A stretch of DNA of 63,191 bases, the filler included. It is 5 parts of 5 records of this genome, joined end to end, with 100 filler letters (N's around TTAATTAATTAA, not from the genome) between each part and the next. Parts side by side here need not be neighbours in the genome. Positions count along the whole stretch, not along the records: positions 16,690 to 41,828 come from SRR2962707_2561; 4 more parts are not named here. One strand, written 5' to 3'. The notes under the pieces were generated by a model. It had not been told where the DNA came from. It ran no database searches and saw only the letters and a program-made list of their open reading frames with translations. Each line of letters starts with the position of its first letter. Positions within the stretch are counted from its first letter, which is position 1. Both the position numbers and the translations under genes were made by a program. Of the stretch, positions 20,614 through 31,113 are shown piece after piece.

Positions 20614-21714
20614 ATGACCGAACTGAAAGCATTGACGCCCCACGCGGTGATACCAGCGGAGCAAGCCCGCCGGGACAAAGGCCAGAAACGAAGGCTTCGC
20701 ACTTTCCTGCCGGAGCTGATCCAGCTCGAACGGCTGCTGGCGGAGGCGCCGGAAGGTGTCTCCAGTTCCGTGCTGTCCCGTGTGAACGTTCGCGACCTTG
20801 AACTGCCGGTCTATCGGGTCGATCTGGGTACCGATCGCAAGGATGCGCCCGTTGTTATGCTCATTGGCGGAGTTCATGGGCTTGAGCGTATCGGCACGCA
20901 GGTGGTGATGGCGTGGCTGTCTTCTTTTCTGGCACGCCTGGCCTGGGATGACAGCTTACGGGCGCTTCTGGAGCGGGTGCATATCACGCTTCTGCCCATG
21001 CTGAACCCGGGCGGCATGTACCTGAACCAGCGCAGCAATCCGAACGGGGTTGATCTGATGCGTAATGCGCCGATCACGGCCCAGGATCGCAGTGCCTTCC
21101 TGTTGGGAGGGCAGCGGCTTTCACCACGCTTGCCCTGGTATACCGGTGATCCCGAACAGGGGATGGAAGCCGAGAACCTGGCCCTCGAGTCGGTGATCCG
21201 GGAACTGCTCCCGGGCCGTCCATTCAGCCTGGCGCTGGATTGTCACTCCGGGTTTGGCTGGCAGGATCAGATCTGGTTTCCCTACGCCTATCGCCGCCGG
21301 CCCATGCGCCGTATTGGCTCGGTCATGGCGCTCAAGCTGATCTGGGAACAGGCCTACCCCAATCACACGTACCGGTTTGAGCCGCAATCTGCCCACTATC
21401 TTACCCATGGTGATCTATGGGACTACTTTTACAAACAGGTTAACCGAACCAGCGACGGAGTTTTCCTGCCGCTCACCCTGGAAATGGGATCCTGGCGCTG
21501 GATTCGTAAACGCCCGCGTCAGCTGTTTCGGCTGGAAGGCTTCTTCAACCCACTGGTTCCGCACCGACACCAACGGGTGTTGCGCAGTCACATGCCGTGG
21601 ATTGATTTCCTGTTGAACGCCGCTGCCAGTCATGAGAACTGGTTGCCGGGGTCGGATGAAGAGTCCATGCTGAGGGAAGCTGCCATTATGCACTGGTACA
21701 GGGATAGCCGATGA
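20614..21714 (+). CDS. M14-family zinc carboxypeptidase-like protein
   Basis: GGVHGLE (HxxE), NPGG, RSNPNGVDLMRN, LDCHSG, LEMG. Confidence 0.85.
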   Translation: MTELKALTPHAVIPAEQARRDKGQKRRLRTFLPELIQLERLLAEAPEGVSSSVLSRVNVRDLELPVYRVDLGTDRKDAPVVMLIGGVHGLERIGTQVVMAWLSSFLARLAWDDSLRALLERVHITLLPMLNPGGMYLNQRSNPNGVDLMRNAPITAQDRSAFLLGGQRLSPRLPWYTGDPEQGMEAENLALESVIRELLPGRPFSLALDCHSGFGWQDQIWFPYAYRRRPMRRIGSVMALKLIWEQAYPNHTYRFEPQSAHYLTHGDLWDYFYKQVNRTSDGVFLPLTLEMGSWRWIRKRPRQLFRLEGFFNPLVPHRHQRVLRSHMPWIDFLLNAAASHENWLPGSDEESMLREAAIMHWYRDSR

Positions 21715-21715
21715 C

Positions 21716-22453
21716 ATGCACTGGATCCTTCTGAGAGGTCTCACCCGGGAGCAGGGCCACTGGGGCGATTTCCCGGCACAGCTTCGCTCGGCCTTTCCGG
21801 AACACCGGTTCCACACCATTGATCTGCCGGGCACCGGCACACTGTTCCGCGAGGATTCTCCTGACACTATCCCTGAGATTCGCAGGCGCGTCTGTGAACA
21901 GGTCAATCATATACCCAGGCCTTTCAGCCTGTTGGCGCTGTCCATGGGCGGTATGGTGGCCCTTGACTGGGCCCAGCGTGCCGAACCCGGGGAGCTGCAG
22001 CACCTGGTTCTGGTCAACACCAGTTCCGGTTTCAGCCCGTTCTGGAAACGCATGCGCCCGCTGGCCTGGCCGCGCGTGACTCAGCTACTGGCCCGTCGAG
22101 AGCTGTTTCACCGGGAGCGGGATATTCTGCGCCTGACGTCCAATCGAGAGATTCCACTGTCTTTGTGCAAAGCCTGGTACAGCATCCAGCGCCAGCGTCC
22201 TGTCAACTATCGTACGGCGTTCAATCAGTTGCGGGCGGCAGCCCGGTTTCAGCCCTTGCCGCAGCGGCCCATGGCAGATGCCCTGCTGCTGGCGAGCAAG
22301 GATGACCGTATTGTGCACTGGCATTGCAGCGCCGAACTGGAACGGCGTTGGTGCTGGACGCTTCGGCTGCATCCGGATGCCGGGCACGACCTGCCGCTGG
22401 ATGAACCCGGGTGGATCATCCGGCAGATGGAACAGTGGTTGCCTGGTCAATAG
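21716..22453 (+). CDS. Alpha/beta fold hydrolase
   Basis: DLPGTG, ALSMGG nucleophile elbow, DRIV, GHDLP. Confidence 0.9.
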   Translation: MHWILLRGLTREQGHWGDFPAQLRSAFPEHRFHTIDLPGTGTLFREDSPDTIPEIRRRVCEQVNHIPRPFSLLALSMGGMVALDWAQRAEPGELQHLVLVNTSSGFSPFWKRMRPLAWPRVTQLLARRELFHRERDILRLTSNREIPLSLCKAWYSIQRQRPVNYRTAFNQLRAAARFQPLPQRPMADALLLASKDDRIVHWHCSAELERRWCWTLRLHPDAGHDLPLDEPGWIIRQMEQWLPGQ

Positions 22454-22530
22454 CGGTTGCTTGACGCAACTGTTTTTTGCGGTCACGCTCATTGGCGTCA
22501 ATTCAACGAGTGAACGGAGCCAATAACAAG

Positions 22531-23148
22531 ATGAAACTCTTCGAAACCCGAACCGCCCCCAACCCACGCCGAGTGCGCATGTTCCTGGCCGAGAAAGGCT
22601 TGCTGGACCAGGTTGAACTGGTGCAGGTGGATATTGAAAAAGGGGAGAACCTGAGCCCGGACTTTGTTGCCCGCAACCCGATGAAGAAAGTGCCGGTGCT
22701 GGAACTGGATGACGGCATCTGCATTGCCGAAACCATGGCCATCTGCCGCTATTTTGAGGAAAGCTATCCGGACACGCCCAGTCTGTTGGGTGAATCGCCG
22801 CTGGAGAAAGCCCAGGTGGAGCAGTGGCTGCGCTGGATCGAATTCTATTTCATGATGCCCACCGGCATGTGCTTTCAGCACACCACCGGCTATTTCAAGG
22901 ATCGGATGAATCCCATCAAGGAGTGGGGGGAGGAGTGCGGCCAGGGCGTCGAGAAATTCATGCATTTCCTGAACAAGCAGCTCGAGGGCAAAGAATACCT
23001 GTGCTGTGACCGGTTCACCGCCGCCGACATCAACGCTTTCACCACCGTAGCCTTTGCCCGGGTGGTCAATATCCGTATCAAGCCGGAACAGGAGCATCTG
23101 CAAGCCTGGTTCGACCGGATCAAGTCGCGGCCTTCGGCGCAGGTCTGA
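22531..23148 (+). CDS. Glutathione S-transferase family protein
   Basis: APNPRRVRMFLAEKG, NPMKKVPVLELDDG, ETMAICRYFE. Confidence 0.93.
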   Translation: MKLFETRTAPNPRRVRMFLAEKGLLDQVELVQVDIEKGENLSPDFVARNPMKKVPVLELDDGICIAETMAICRYFEESYPDTPSLLGESPLEKAQVEQWLRWIEFYFMMPTGMCFQHTTGYFKDRMNPIKEWGEECGQGVEKFMHFLNKQLEGKEYLCCDRFTAADINAFTTVAFARVVNIRIKPEQEHLQAWFDRIKSRPSAQV

Positions 23149-23257
23149 AGTTTGCCGGTGACCTGTAGTCCGGCTGGCTGATAGTATCGCTTGATGGAAC
23201 GGCGCGCCCTGTTCACACGGGGGCGCCAGGAGCGAGCCGTGCGACTTGAAGGACTGA

Positions 23258-23875
23258 ATGATGAGCAACAGTGTCAATCTGGAATGTGCGATTAATGCCA
23301 TCGACCAGGCAAACCAGCAGGATCCCAACCGCGAGGAAATAGATGGTGAATCCCTTCCCAGGGAATTCGCCTACAGCCTGCACATGACCCGCTGGCTGTT
23401 TGAGCTGGAGCCGGAACCTTCCGAGCGCATGCAGATTGCCTGTCGGGCCCAGCATATCGAGCGCTGGACCATGCCCCGTAGTGACTATGGTGAGGGCCGC
23501 AAGAATTACTATCAATGGCGTCAGGCCTGCGGCCGCATGCATGGTCGCCGGGCAGCGGAGATCATGGCGGCTTGCGGTTACCCGAAAGCGGAGTGCGAAC
23601 GGGTCGAAACCATTCTGACCAAGCGTAAACTGCGGGAAGACGAAGACACCCAGTTGCTGGAAGATGTGGCGTGTATGGTGTTTCTGGAGCGCTATTTTGC
23701 GCAATTCTTTGAAGACAACCCGGATTACGACAAAGAAAAATGGCTGCGCATTGTGCGCCGGACCTGGGGAAAAATGACACCCCGTGGCCACAGTGCCGCT
23801 CTGAAGCTGGCCGAGGGCATGCCCGCTCACCTGTTGGCTTTGCTGCAGGAGGCGCTTGCCGCACCCGCTGAGTGA
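23258..23875 (+). CDS. DUF4202 domain protein
   Basis: IDQANQQDP, RAQHIERW, QLLEDVACMVFL, RTWGKM. Confidence 0.85.
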   Translation: MMSNSVNLECAINAIDQANQQDPNREEIDGESLPREFAYSLHMTRWLFELEPEPSERMQIACRAQHIERWTMPRSDYGEGRKNYYQWRQACGRMHGRRAAEIMAACGYPKAECERVETILTKRKLREDEDTQLLEDVACMVFLERYFAQFFEDNPDYDKEKWLRIVRRTWGKMTPRGHSAALKLAEGMPAHLLALLQEALAAPAE

Positions 23876-23904
23876 ATCCTGCACTTGAGCTACCGTCATC
23901 CGTT

Positions 23905-23923
23905 GCATATGATATGCATTATC
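23905..23923 (+). promoter_or_regulatory. Fur box upstream of the two-component system
   Basis: GCATATGATATGCATTATC, 14/19 match to GATAATGATAATCATTATC. Confidence 0.75.
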
Positions 23924-23945
23924 ATTTGGCAATGGGTGGCAAACC

Positions 23946-24650
23946 ATGGCGACACTGGCCGACCGAAATCCGAAAATCCTGATTGTCGAAGACGATCAGT
24001 CCCTCAGTGATCAGCTGTCCGGATTGCTGGCGTCCCGAGGCTACCAGGTGGTGCAGAGCTACGAGGGCGATCAGGCACTGATCACCGCTATGGGGCAGCG
24101 GCTGGATCTGATTCTTCTGGATGTGCTGCTGCCGCGCATGAACGGCTTCGAATTCCTGGAGAAGCTCCGTAAAACCCGCCAGACCCCGGTCATGATGCTG
24201 ACCGCCTGTGGTGCCGAGCAAGAGCGCATTATGGGGTATCAGCAGGGGGCCGATGACTATGTGCCAAAACCTTTCAGTTTCACCGAATTGCTGTTGCGAA
24301 TTGAGGCGTTGCTGCGACGCACCCTGGGCGAAACCGATCAGCGCGCAGACCCTGCCACACTGGCTGCCGGTGAGTTAAAGCTTGATCGTCATGCCATGAC
24401 CGTCAGCTTTCAGGGGAATCCGGTCTCGCTGACTCCCATCCAGTTTCGCCTGCTCTGGACTCTGGTGTTGCATCAGAGCGAAGCGTTGAGCAAACCCTAT
24501 CTCTACCAGGTGGTGCTGGAGAAAGAGTTCAGTCGCTACGATCGAAGCCTGGACATGCACCTGAGCCGGGTGCGCCGCAAGTTGGTGGAGGCCGGCGTTG
24601 CCGGTGACCGACTGCAGACAGTGCACGGCAAGGGGTATTGCTTCCAGTGA
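23946..24650 (+). CDS. OmpR-family response regulator (PfeR/PirR-like)
   Basis: Receiver (VEDD, LLDVLLP, KPF) plus winged helix (DRSLDMHLSRVRRKL, TVHGKGY). Confidence 0.93.
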   Translation: MATLADRNPKILIVEDDQSLSDQLSGLLASRGYQVVQSYEGDQALITAMGQRLDLILLDVLLPRMNGFEFLEKLRKTRQTPVMMLTACGAEQERIMGYQQGADDYVPKPFSFTELLLRIEALLRRTLGETDQRADPATLAAGELKLDRHAMTVSFQGNPVSLTPIQFRLLWTLVLHQSEALSKPYLYQVVLEKEFSRYDRSLDMHLSRVRRKLVEAGVAGDRLQTVHGKGYCFQ

Positions 24651-25996
24651 ATCGTCGTTTGTGGTGGAAGCTGTCAGGCACACTGGCACTGGGTACGCTG
24701 GTGTTGTTCTGGGTGATCTCCTTTCTGGGGACCACTACCGAACAGCAGATGAGTTTTATTGCCCGCAAGCATCAGGAGACCCTGAAAGACTGGGGGCACA
24801 CAGCAGAGCGTCTGTACCTGGCCGGCGACGAACAGGCCCTTGCCCGCTGGCTGGAGCAGCTGCAACGGGACGAAAACACCTGGGCGGCGGTGGTTCGGTC
24901 CGAGATACAGCCGCTGGCTGGCAGTGAACTGTCCTCACAGTTTCAGGAGGGTTTTCGGCTTGGACGCAACGTGGAATGGAAGATCCATCTGTATTTCACC
25001 GAAAACCCGATCATGGATCTTACCTTCGCCGATGGCCACACCCATTTCCTGATTACCCTGCCTCAGCGTATGCGGCCGGGCGCTTACCTGCCGGAGGCGC
25101 GGCTATTCCTGAAAGCTGCCCTGCCACTGACGGTGCTGCTGGCATTGTGTCTGGTGATTTACCGGCACCTGATGAATCCCGTTCGCCAGCTGGAGCTGGC
25201 AACCCGCCAGTTCAGTGAGGGTAATCTGGGCGCCAGAGCCAGGGCTCTGCTAGGTAACAGAAATGACGAACTGACGGCGCTGGCAGAGACCTTTGACCGG
25301 ATGGCTGAGCGGATCGGCGATCTGATCCAGTCCCAGCGCCGGTTGATCTCAGATCTCTCCCATGAGCTGCGAACGCCCCTGACCCGGATTGATATGGCCA
25401 TCAGTTGCGTAGAGGAAGGCATCGATACCCAGCATTTCCTGCCCCGAATACGGCGGGAGTGCGATCTGATGCGCGCCCTGGTAGAGGACACCCTGACCCT
25501 GGCCTGGCTGGAGAACGAGCAGCCGGAGCTCAACCAGGAGGATCTGGATCTGACCGATCTGGTGGATACCATTGCGGAAGACGCCCGCTACGAGTACCCG
25601 GAGCATCATATCAGGACCGAGCTTCCGGAACAGGCGGAGATTCGGGGTACCAGTCATCGGGCGTTGGCACAGGCCATTGAAAATGTGGTCCGCAATGCCT
25701 GCAAGTATACGCCGGCCGGTGGCACGGTAATGATACGGCTGCAGGAGGAAGCCGGTGGGTACCGGCTGTCGGTGGAGGACGACGGGCCGGGTGTTCCGGC
25801 CGAGCAACTGGAGGCGATCTTCCGGCCGTTTTTCCGTGCCACACGGATCCGGGAAAGTGTGCCGTCTGGCCATGGCCTGGGGTTAGCGCTGGCAAGCCGG
25901 CATCTGGATGCCATAGGGGGGCGAATCCGGGCCTGTAATCTTGCGGGGAACGGTGGTCTGGCGATGCATTTGTGGTTGCCTGCAGTCCGGATGTAA
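24647..25996 (+). CDS. Sensor histidine kinase (PfeS/PirS-like)
   Basis: Two TM helices, HAMP, SHELRTPL, ENVVRNA, DDGPG, GHGLGL; GTGA overlap with the regulator. Confidence 0.93.
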   Translation: MNRRLWWKLSGTLALGTLVLFWVISFLGTTTEQQMSFIARKHQETLKDWGHTAERLYLAGDEQALARWLEQLQRDENTWAAVVRSEIQPLAGSELSSQFQEGFRLGRNVEWKIHLYFTENPIMDLTFADGHTHFLITLPQRMRPGAYLPEARLFLKAALPLTVLLALCLVIYRHLMNPVRQLELATRQFSEGNLGARARALLGNRNDELTALAETFDRMAERIGDLIQSQRRLISDLSHELRTPLTRIDMAISCVEEGIDTQHFLPRIRRECDLMRALVEDTLTLAWLENEQPELNQEDLDLTDLVDTIAEDARYEYPEHHIRTELPEQAEIRGTSHRALAQAIENVVRNACKYTPAGGTVMIRLQEEAGGYRLSVEDDGPGVPAEQLEAIFRPFFRATRIRESVPSGHGLGLALASRHLDAIGGRIRACNLAGNGGLAMHLWLPAVRM

Positions 25997-26040
25997 CAAA
26001 TGTAAAACTGGTTCACTTCGCGACACAAGTTATCGAGAAT
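25992..26040 (+). promoter_or_regulatory. Direct-repeat operator plus sigma70-type promoter for the TonB receptor operon
   Basis: TGTAACAAATGTAAAAC, 3 nt, TTCACT, 17 nt, GAGAAT; a weak Fur-like AATACGAATCATTTGC follows. Confidence 0.65.
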
Positions 26041-26080
26041 GCACTCCAAATACGAATCATTTGCATAATGGAGTGCGGTC

Positions 26081-28057
26081 GTGATGGCAAATTCCTCACC
26101 GATGAAACAACCCCGGCGCTTTCGTCGCAACACCCTCTGGCTGGCGCTGATGGCAGCACCTCTGGCTCATGCACAGCCGGTTTCCCTGGATCCTATTCAG
26201 GTAACCGCAGACCGTGAGGCGGACGCCGATACTGTGGTCGATGCAGAGACCATAGAGCGTTTCCAGGCGGACGATCTGGAAGACGTCTTTGCGGGCCAGC
26301 CAAACGTGAGCGTTGGTGGGTCCAACAGCATCGCCCAGAAAGTTTATGTCCGAGGCTTTGAAGACCCGCTTTTGAACGTATCCGTGGATGGTGCCACCCA
26401 GGCTGGGGCACTGTTCCATCACTCCGGTCGACTGTCGGTGGAGCCGGAGTTGCTCAAGCAGGTTGAAGTCAATGCCGGGGCTGGCCGGGCCACCGAAGGA
26501 GCAGGCGCCCTGGGCGGATCAATCCGCTTTGTTACCAAGGATCCGGACGATTTGTTGCGGCCAGGCGAAAGCGCCGGGGCCCTGGTTAAATTCGGCTCTT
26601 TCTCCAACACCGATGGCTACAAGGCCAGTGGCACGGCCTTTGGTCGGCTGAGTGATAACTGGAGCACTCTGGTGTCTGTCAGCCAGAGTGACCACGAGCC
26701 GTTCAAGGATGGCAGTGGCGACCGTATTGCCGGCAGTGATGCCCGTCAGCAGCTGGGGTTTGCGAAACTGGTGGGCCAGTTGCCGGCCGATCAGACTATC
26801 AAGCTCAGTCATGAAGTACGTACCGATGAGGGGGAACGGCCCCAGCGTCCACAATGGGTTGTCAGTAGTTTCAATCGCCTTTACGAACTGGATGGCCGAC
26901 GGGACACCACTACCCTCAACTACGGATACGCTCCTGCAGGCAATGCCCTGGTGGATCTTGAGGCAACCGTTTACCACACCGAGTCTGACATCGAACAGAA
27001 CGTTGAGGATCGCTGGGGCCGTTACTTTGGGTTTAGCCGGAACATCGGCGGCGACCTTCGTAATACCAGTCGTTTTGGCGAGCACAGCCTGACCTACGGT
27101 GTTGATTATCGTGAGGACAAGGTGAACGCCGGGTATCAGGAGGACAAGCGGGCCGAGCAACAGACCGGTGAAGTGCTGGGCGTTTACCTGCAGGGCGATC
27201 TATGGCTCACCAGCCGTCTGCTGTTCAGTGCTGGCGCCCGTTATGACGACTACCGGCTCAAGGACAACGATGATCAGCGCTTCAGTGAAGACGAGGTCAG
27301 CCCGAATGCCAACCTGGCCTGGGAGGTGGTGGACGGTCTCACTCTGAAAGCTGGTTATGCCGAGGCCTTCCGGGGGCCAACCACTCAGGACTCCTTCAAG
27401 CTGGAAGGTTCTGAAAACGATCCGGATCTGGAAGGCGAAAAAGCCCGGAATACCGAGGTCGGTTTTGATTACCGCTACGAAACTTTCCGACTGTCGGCCG
27501 AGGTATACCGTTCTGAAATCAAGGACGCCATTGCTGATCCGTTGCTGCCGTTCCGGGAATCCATCTACAAGAACATCGGAGATCTCGAGTCTGACGGCTA
27601 CCTGATCTCGGCCGGTTACCAATGGCAGGCACTTTCCGCCGGACTGAGCTTCCACAGTAACGATGCCGAAGTGGATGGCCAGCCGTTGACGGTGTACGAG
27701 CACAATCTGCTGGGTAACACCATGGGAGATACCTGGATTGCCGACCTGGCGTACCGCTGGGATCGAAACCTGGAGTTTGGCTGGCAGGGCCGGTTTGTTG
27801 AGGGTATCGATAATCTGGACACCTCTGTTGGCACCATCGACAAGCCCGGATACGGTGTGCACGACCTGTATCTGCACTGGTTACCCACCGGCAATGAGGA
27901 TCTGCGGCTGAGTCTGACCATCAAGAACGTCGGCGACAAGCAGTACCTGGCTCATGCCAGCAATGCCGATTACCAGCATATTGAGGACTATGAGGGAATC
28001 GTTGGCATGCCGGAGCCGGGGCGGGACATCCGTGTTGGCCTGGCCATGCGGTTCTGA
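26081..28057 (+). CDS. TonB-dependent siderophore receptor (VctA/FetA-like), probable petrobactin receptor
   Basis: Signal peptide AHA-Q, TonB box DPIQVTA, plug 'YVRGF...VDGA...GALGGSIRFVTKD', C-terminal F; adjacent to asb genes. Confidence 0.9.
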   Translation: MMANSSPMKQPRRFRRNTLWLALMAAPLAHAQPVSLDPIQVTADREADADTVVDAETIERFQADDLEDVFAGQPNVSVGGSNSIAQKVYVRGFEDPLLNVSVDGATQAGALFHHSGRLSVEPELLKQVEVNAGAGRATEGAGALGGSIRFVTKDPDDLLRPGESAGALVKFGSFSNTDGYKASGTAFGRLSDNWSTLVSVSQSDHEPFKDGSGDRIAGSDARQQLGFAKLVGQLPADQTIKLSHEVRTDEGERPQRPQWVVSSFNRLYELDGRRDTTTLNYGYAPAGNALVDLEATVYHTESDIEQNVEDRWGRYFGFSRNIGGDLRNTSRFGEHSLTYGVDYREDKVNAGYQEDKRAEQQTGEVLGVYLQGDLWLTSRLLFSAGARYDDYRLKDNDDQRFSEDEVSPNANLAWEVVDGLTLKAGYAEAFRGPTTQDSFKLEGSENDPDLEGEKARNTEVGFDYRYETFRLSAEVYRSEIKDAIADPLLPFRESIYKNIGDLESDGYLISAGYQWQALSAGLSFHSNDAEVDGQPLTVYEHNLLGNTMGDTWIADLAYRWDRNLEFGWQGRFVEGIDNLDTSVGTIDKPGYGVHDLYLHWLPTGNEDLRLSLTIKNVGDKQYLAHASNADYQHIEDYEGIVGMPEPGRDIRVGLAMRF

Positions 28058-28062
28058 GGCCC

Positions 28063-29214
28063 GTGATGTTGCGTTCCCAAATCACAGCCGCCCTGATGGG
28101 CGGCGTTTTCTGTTTACTGGCTGAGCTCTCCCTGGCGGCGGACACGGTTACCGATCTGGCGGGGCGGACGGTAAAGCTGCCGGACCGTGTCGAGCGAGTG
28201 ATCCTGGGAGAGAGTCGCTACATTCCCGCGCTTGCCATACTGGAGGGAGAGCACCTGCCTGACCGTCTTGCGGGGCTGTTACCGGATTTCGAAATGACGG
28301 ATCCGGGCGGCTATGCGCAGTATCTGAAAGCTTTCCCGTCACTGGCGGATATTCCCCGGGTGGGGCACACCTCGGCTGACAGTTTCAGTCTGGAAAGTGT
28401 GCTTGCCATGGGGGCCGACCTGGCCATCTTCAGTCTCGAGGGCCACGGTCCCGGTGCCCATAACCGGGCACTGATTGATAGCCTTCAGCGAGCGGGCGTG
28501 GCAGTGGTGTTTATCGATTTTCGGCAGGATCCTCTGGTCAATACACCCAGGAGCATGGCTGTTCTGGGCGAAGTTCTCGGGCGTCAGGATGAGGCCGAGG
28601 TCTTCAACCGGTTCTACCAGCAACAGCTTGCCCGGGTTACCGGCGTGGTGGCCGAGATTCCGCGAAGCGACTGGCCCAGCGTGTTCCTGCACAGTCGTCT
28701 GGGTCGGCATGACAACTGCTGTGAGACCATGGTGGAGGGGATGATGGGGCACTTCATCGAGGCTGCTGGCGGTAAGAATGTGGCGCAAGGCCGGGTTCCC
28801 GGGGTCAGTGGTGTGCTCAATCTGGAATATCTGATCAGTGAGCCACCCCGGCGTTACGTAGCCACGGCCATTGGCTCCCGACGCTATCAGGCGTCCGAAA
28901 CCGACCATGCTTACGTGATGCTAGGGGCCGGTATTGATGAGCAGACGGCCAGGGCATCCCTTCTCCGGGCCACTGATCGTCCGGGGCTGCGAGCGGTAAA
29001 ACCCATTCGAGAGGGGCGGGTCATGGCTATCTGGCACCACTTCTACAACACGCCCATGAACGTGGTGGCGGTCCAGGCTCTGGCCCGGTGGTTCCATCCG
29101 GCAGCGTTTGGTGAGCTGGATCCAGGTGCGACCCTGGCGGAATTCTACCGGCGATTCCAGCCAGTGCCGCTTGACGGAGTCTATTGGGTGACAGCCGGGG
29201 AGGCGCAGAAATGA
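28063..29214 (+). CDS. Iron-siderophore ABC transporter substrate-binding protein
   Basis: VTDLAGRTV, FSLESVLA, IWHHFYNTP, LARWFHP. Confidence 0.9.
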   Translation: MMLRSQITAALMGGVFCLLAELSLAADTVTDLAGRTVKLPDRVERVILGESRYIPALAILEGEHLPDRLAGLLPDFEMTDPGGYAQYLKAFPSLADIPRVGHTSADSFSLESVLAMGADLAIFSLEGHGPGAHNRALIDSLQRAGVAVVFIDFRQDPLVNTPRSMAVLGEVLGRQDEAEVFNRFYQQQLARVTGVVAEIPRSDWPSVFLHSRLGRHDNCCETMVEGMMGHFIEAAGGKNVAQGRVPGVSGVLNLEYLISEPPRRYVATAIGSRRYQASETDHAYVMLGAGIDEQTARASLLRATDRPGLRAVKPIREGRVMAIWHHFYNTPMNVVAVQALARWFHPAAFGELDPGATLAEFYRRFQPVPLDGVYWVTAGEAQK

Positions 29215-30308
29215 CGCCTGTGCAGTATAGGCAAGATGCAGGGCTGAGATCGTCTGACACCAGGGCGTCCTCGCTGGCCGATGACTATCGGCGTTTTGTC
29301 TGGCGCCGGGTGTTATGCCTGGGAGGGTTGACCCTCGCGGCGATGACGGCACTGCTGGTGGATATTGCCAGCGGGCCGTCGATGTTGGGATTGATGGATG
29401 TGTTCAGAGGACTACTCAACCCTGAGGGTATCGATGCCGGCACCCGCGTGATCATTGAGGATATCCGACTGCCATACGCGTTGATGGCGGTGGTGGTCGG
29501 CGCTTGCCTTGGCCTTGCCGGGGCGGAGATGCAGACGGTACTGAATAATCCGCTGGCCAGCCCGTTTACCCTGGGCGTCGGTGCGGCTGCCACTCTGGGG
29601 GCGTCCCTAGTGATTGCCTTCAATATCTCGGTATTGGGATTGGCGGCCCATGTATTGCTGCCCCTGTCTGCGTTTGTATTTGCCGCAGCCGCCTCGCTGC
29701 TGATTCTGGTATTGTCACGCACTCTGGGGGCCTCGGTGCATGCGGTGGTGCTGTTTGGGATTGCCCTGTTATTCGGCATCAACGCAGTGGTGGGCCTGAT
29801 CCAGTTCATGGCCGATGCCGAGTCGGTTCAGCAGATTGTGTTCTGGACCATGGGTAGCCTGGCTCGGGCCAGTCTGGACAAAGTGGCCATTGTCGCCCTG
29901 GTGCTTGCGCTGTGCCTGCCGTTTTCCCTTCGCAATGCCTGGGCCATGACCTTGTTGCGCAGTGGTGAGGAGCAGGCCCGAAGCCTGGGTATCCGGGTGG
30001 AGCGCATGCGCCTGGTGGTGCTGATGCGGGTGAGCCTTTTGACCGCGGCGGCCATGTGTTTCGTTGGCGAAATCGGGTTTATCGGCTTGGTGGCGCCCCA
30101 CATCGCCCGTTTGATGCTGGGTGAAGATCATCGCTTTCTGTTGCCGGGCAGTGCCCTGGCCGGGGCCGTTCTGCTGTCGTTGTCATCTATCGCCAGCAAG
30201 TTACTGGTGCCGGGAGTGGTATTGCCGGTGGGGATTGTGACCGCCCTGGTAGGTATCCCGCTGTTCATTACCCTGATCATCGGCCGCAGCAGGAGGGCCG
30301 CATTGTGA
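29211..30308 (+). CDS. FecCD-family ABC permease
   Basis: IRLP, MQTVLNNPLASPFTLG, FWTMGS, IGFIGLVAPHIAR. Confidence 0.95.
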   Translation: MTPVQYRQDAGLRSSDTRASSLADDYRRFVWRRVLCLGGLTLAAMTALLVDIASGPSMLGLMDVFRGLLNPEGIDAGTRVIIEDIRLPYALMAVVVGACLGLAGAEMQTVLNNPLASPFTLGVGAAATLGASLVIAFNISVLGLAAHVLLPLSAFVFAAAASLLILVLSRTLGASVHAVVLFGIALLFGINAVVGLIQFMADAESVQQIVFWTMGSLARASLDKVAIVALVLALCLPFSLRNAWAMTLLRSGEEQARSLGIRVERMRLVVLMRVSLLTAAAMCFVGEIGFIGLVAPHIARLMLGEDHRFLLPGSALAGAVLLSLSSIASKLLVPGVVLPVGIVTALVGIPLFITLIIGRSRRAAL

Positions 30309-31090
30309 CCCTGAAGCTGCAATCCGTCACCGCCGGTTACCGGAATCGATCCGTGTTCACAGGGCTTACCCTGCCGGAGATACCCGCGGGCTCACTGGTG
30401 GCCGTGGTTGGCCCTAACGCCGTGGGTAAATCCACGCTGCTGAAATCCATTGCTGGCCTGCTGCCGATTGCCGGCACCATGACCTTTGCCGGGGAAAACC
30501 TTGCGGCGATGACGGCCCACCATCGTATTCGTCGTGTCGGTTACCTGCCGCAACCACTGCCCCAGGCCATTCCGTTGGTGGCCTATGAAACCGTATTCAG
30601 TGCCTGTCGCTCCGCCCGCGGTGACTGGTCCCGGGAAGAAACCGAGCTGGCGATTGAAGAGGTTTTCGACACCCTGGGTATCCGGCAACTGGCGCTTCGG
30701 CGGCTGTCGGAAATGTCTGGTGGTCAGCGCCAGATGGTGGGGCTGGCTCAGGTACTGGTACGTCAGACGCCATTGATGCTGCTGGATGAGCCCACCAGTG
30801 CCCTGGACTTGCACTGGCAGCTGAATGTGCTCAACGCGGTACGTGATGCCACCAGCCGGACCGGCGCCATTGCTCTGGTGGCCAGCCATGATCTCAATCT
30901 GGCCCTGCGCTATTGCGACCAGATTCTGGTTCTGTCCCCGGGGGGCCAGGCCGTGCTGGGCACACCGGCACAGGTGCTGACGCCGGAATTGTTGGCCAGA
31001 ACCTATGGTATCGAGGCCCGCATCGAGCGATGCTCCCGGGGACACCCCATTGTGCTGGCGGATCGTCCGCTATCTGCCAGTGTTAACTGA
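30305..31090 (+). CDS. Iron-siderophore ABC transporter ATP-binding protein
   Basis: GPNAVGKST, MSGGQRQ, LLDEPTSALD. Confidence 0.95.
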   Translation: MTLKLQSVTAGYRNRSVFTGLTLPEIPAGSLVAVVGPNAVGKSTLLKSIAGLLPIAGTMTFAGENLAAMTAHHRIRRVGYLPQPLPQAIPLVAYETVFSACRSARGDWSREETELAIEEVFDTLGIRQLALRRLSEMSGGQRQMVGLAQVLVRQTPLMLLDEPTSALDLHWQLNVLNAVRDATSRTGAIALVASHDLNLALRYCDQILVLSPGGQAVLGTPAQVLTPELLARTYGIEARIERCSRGHPIVLADRPLSASVN

Positions 31091-31113
31091 CCCATTGAGG
31101 TAAGGAGTCTGTC

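Noticed and set aside
28087-28110. Terminator after the TonB receptor gene
   Set aside because: The 7-bp hairpin lies inside the SBP signal-peptide coding region and has an interrupted U-tract; it may stabilise receptor mRNA but cannot be called a terminator.
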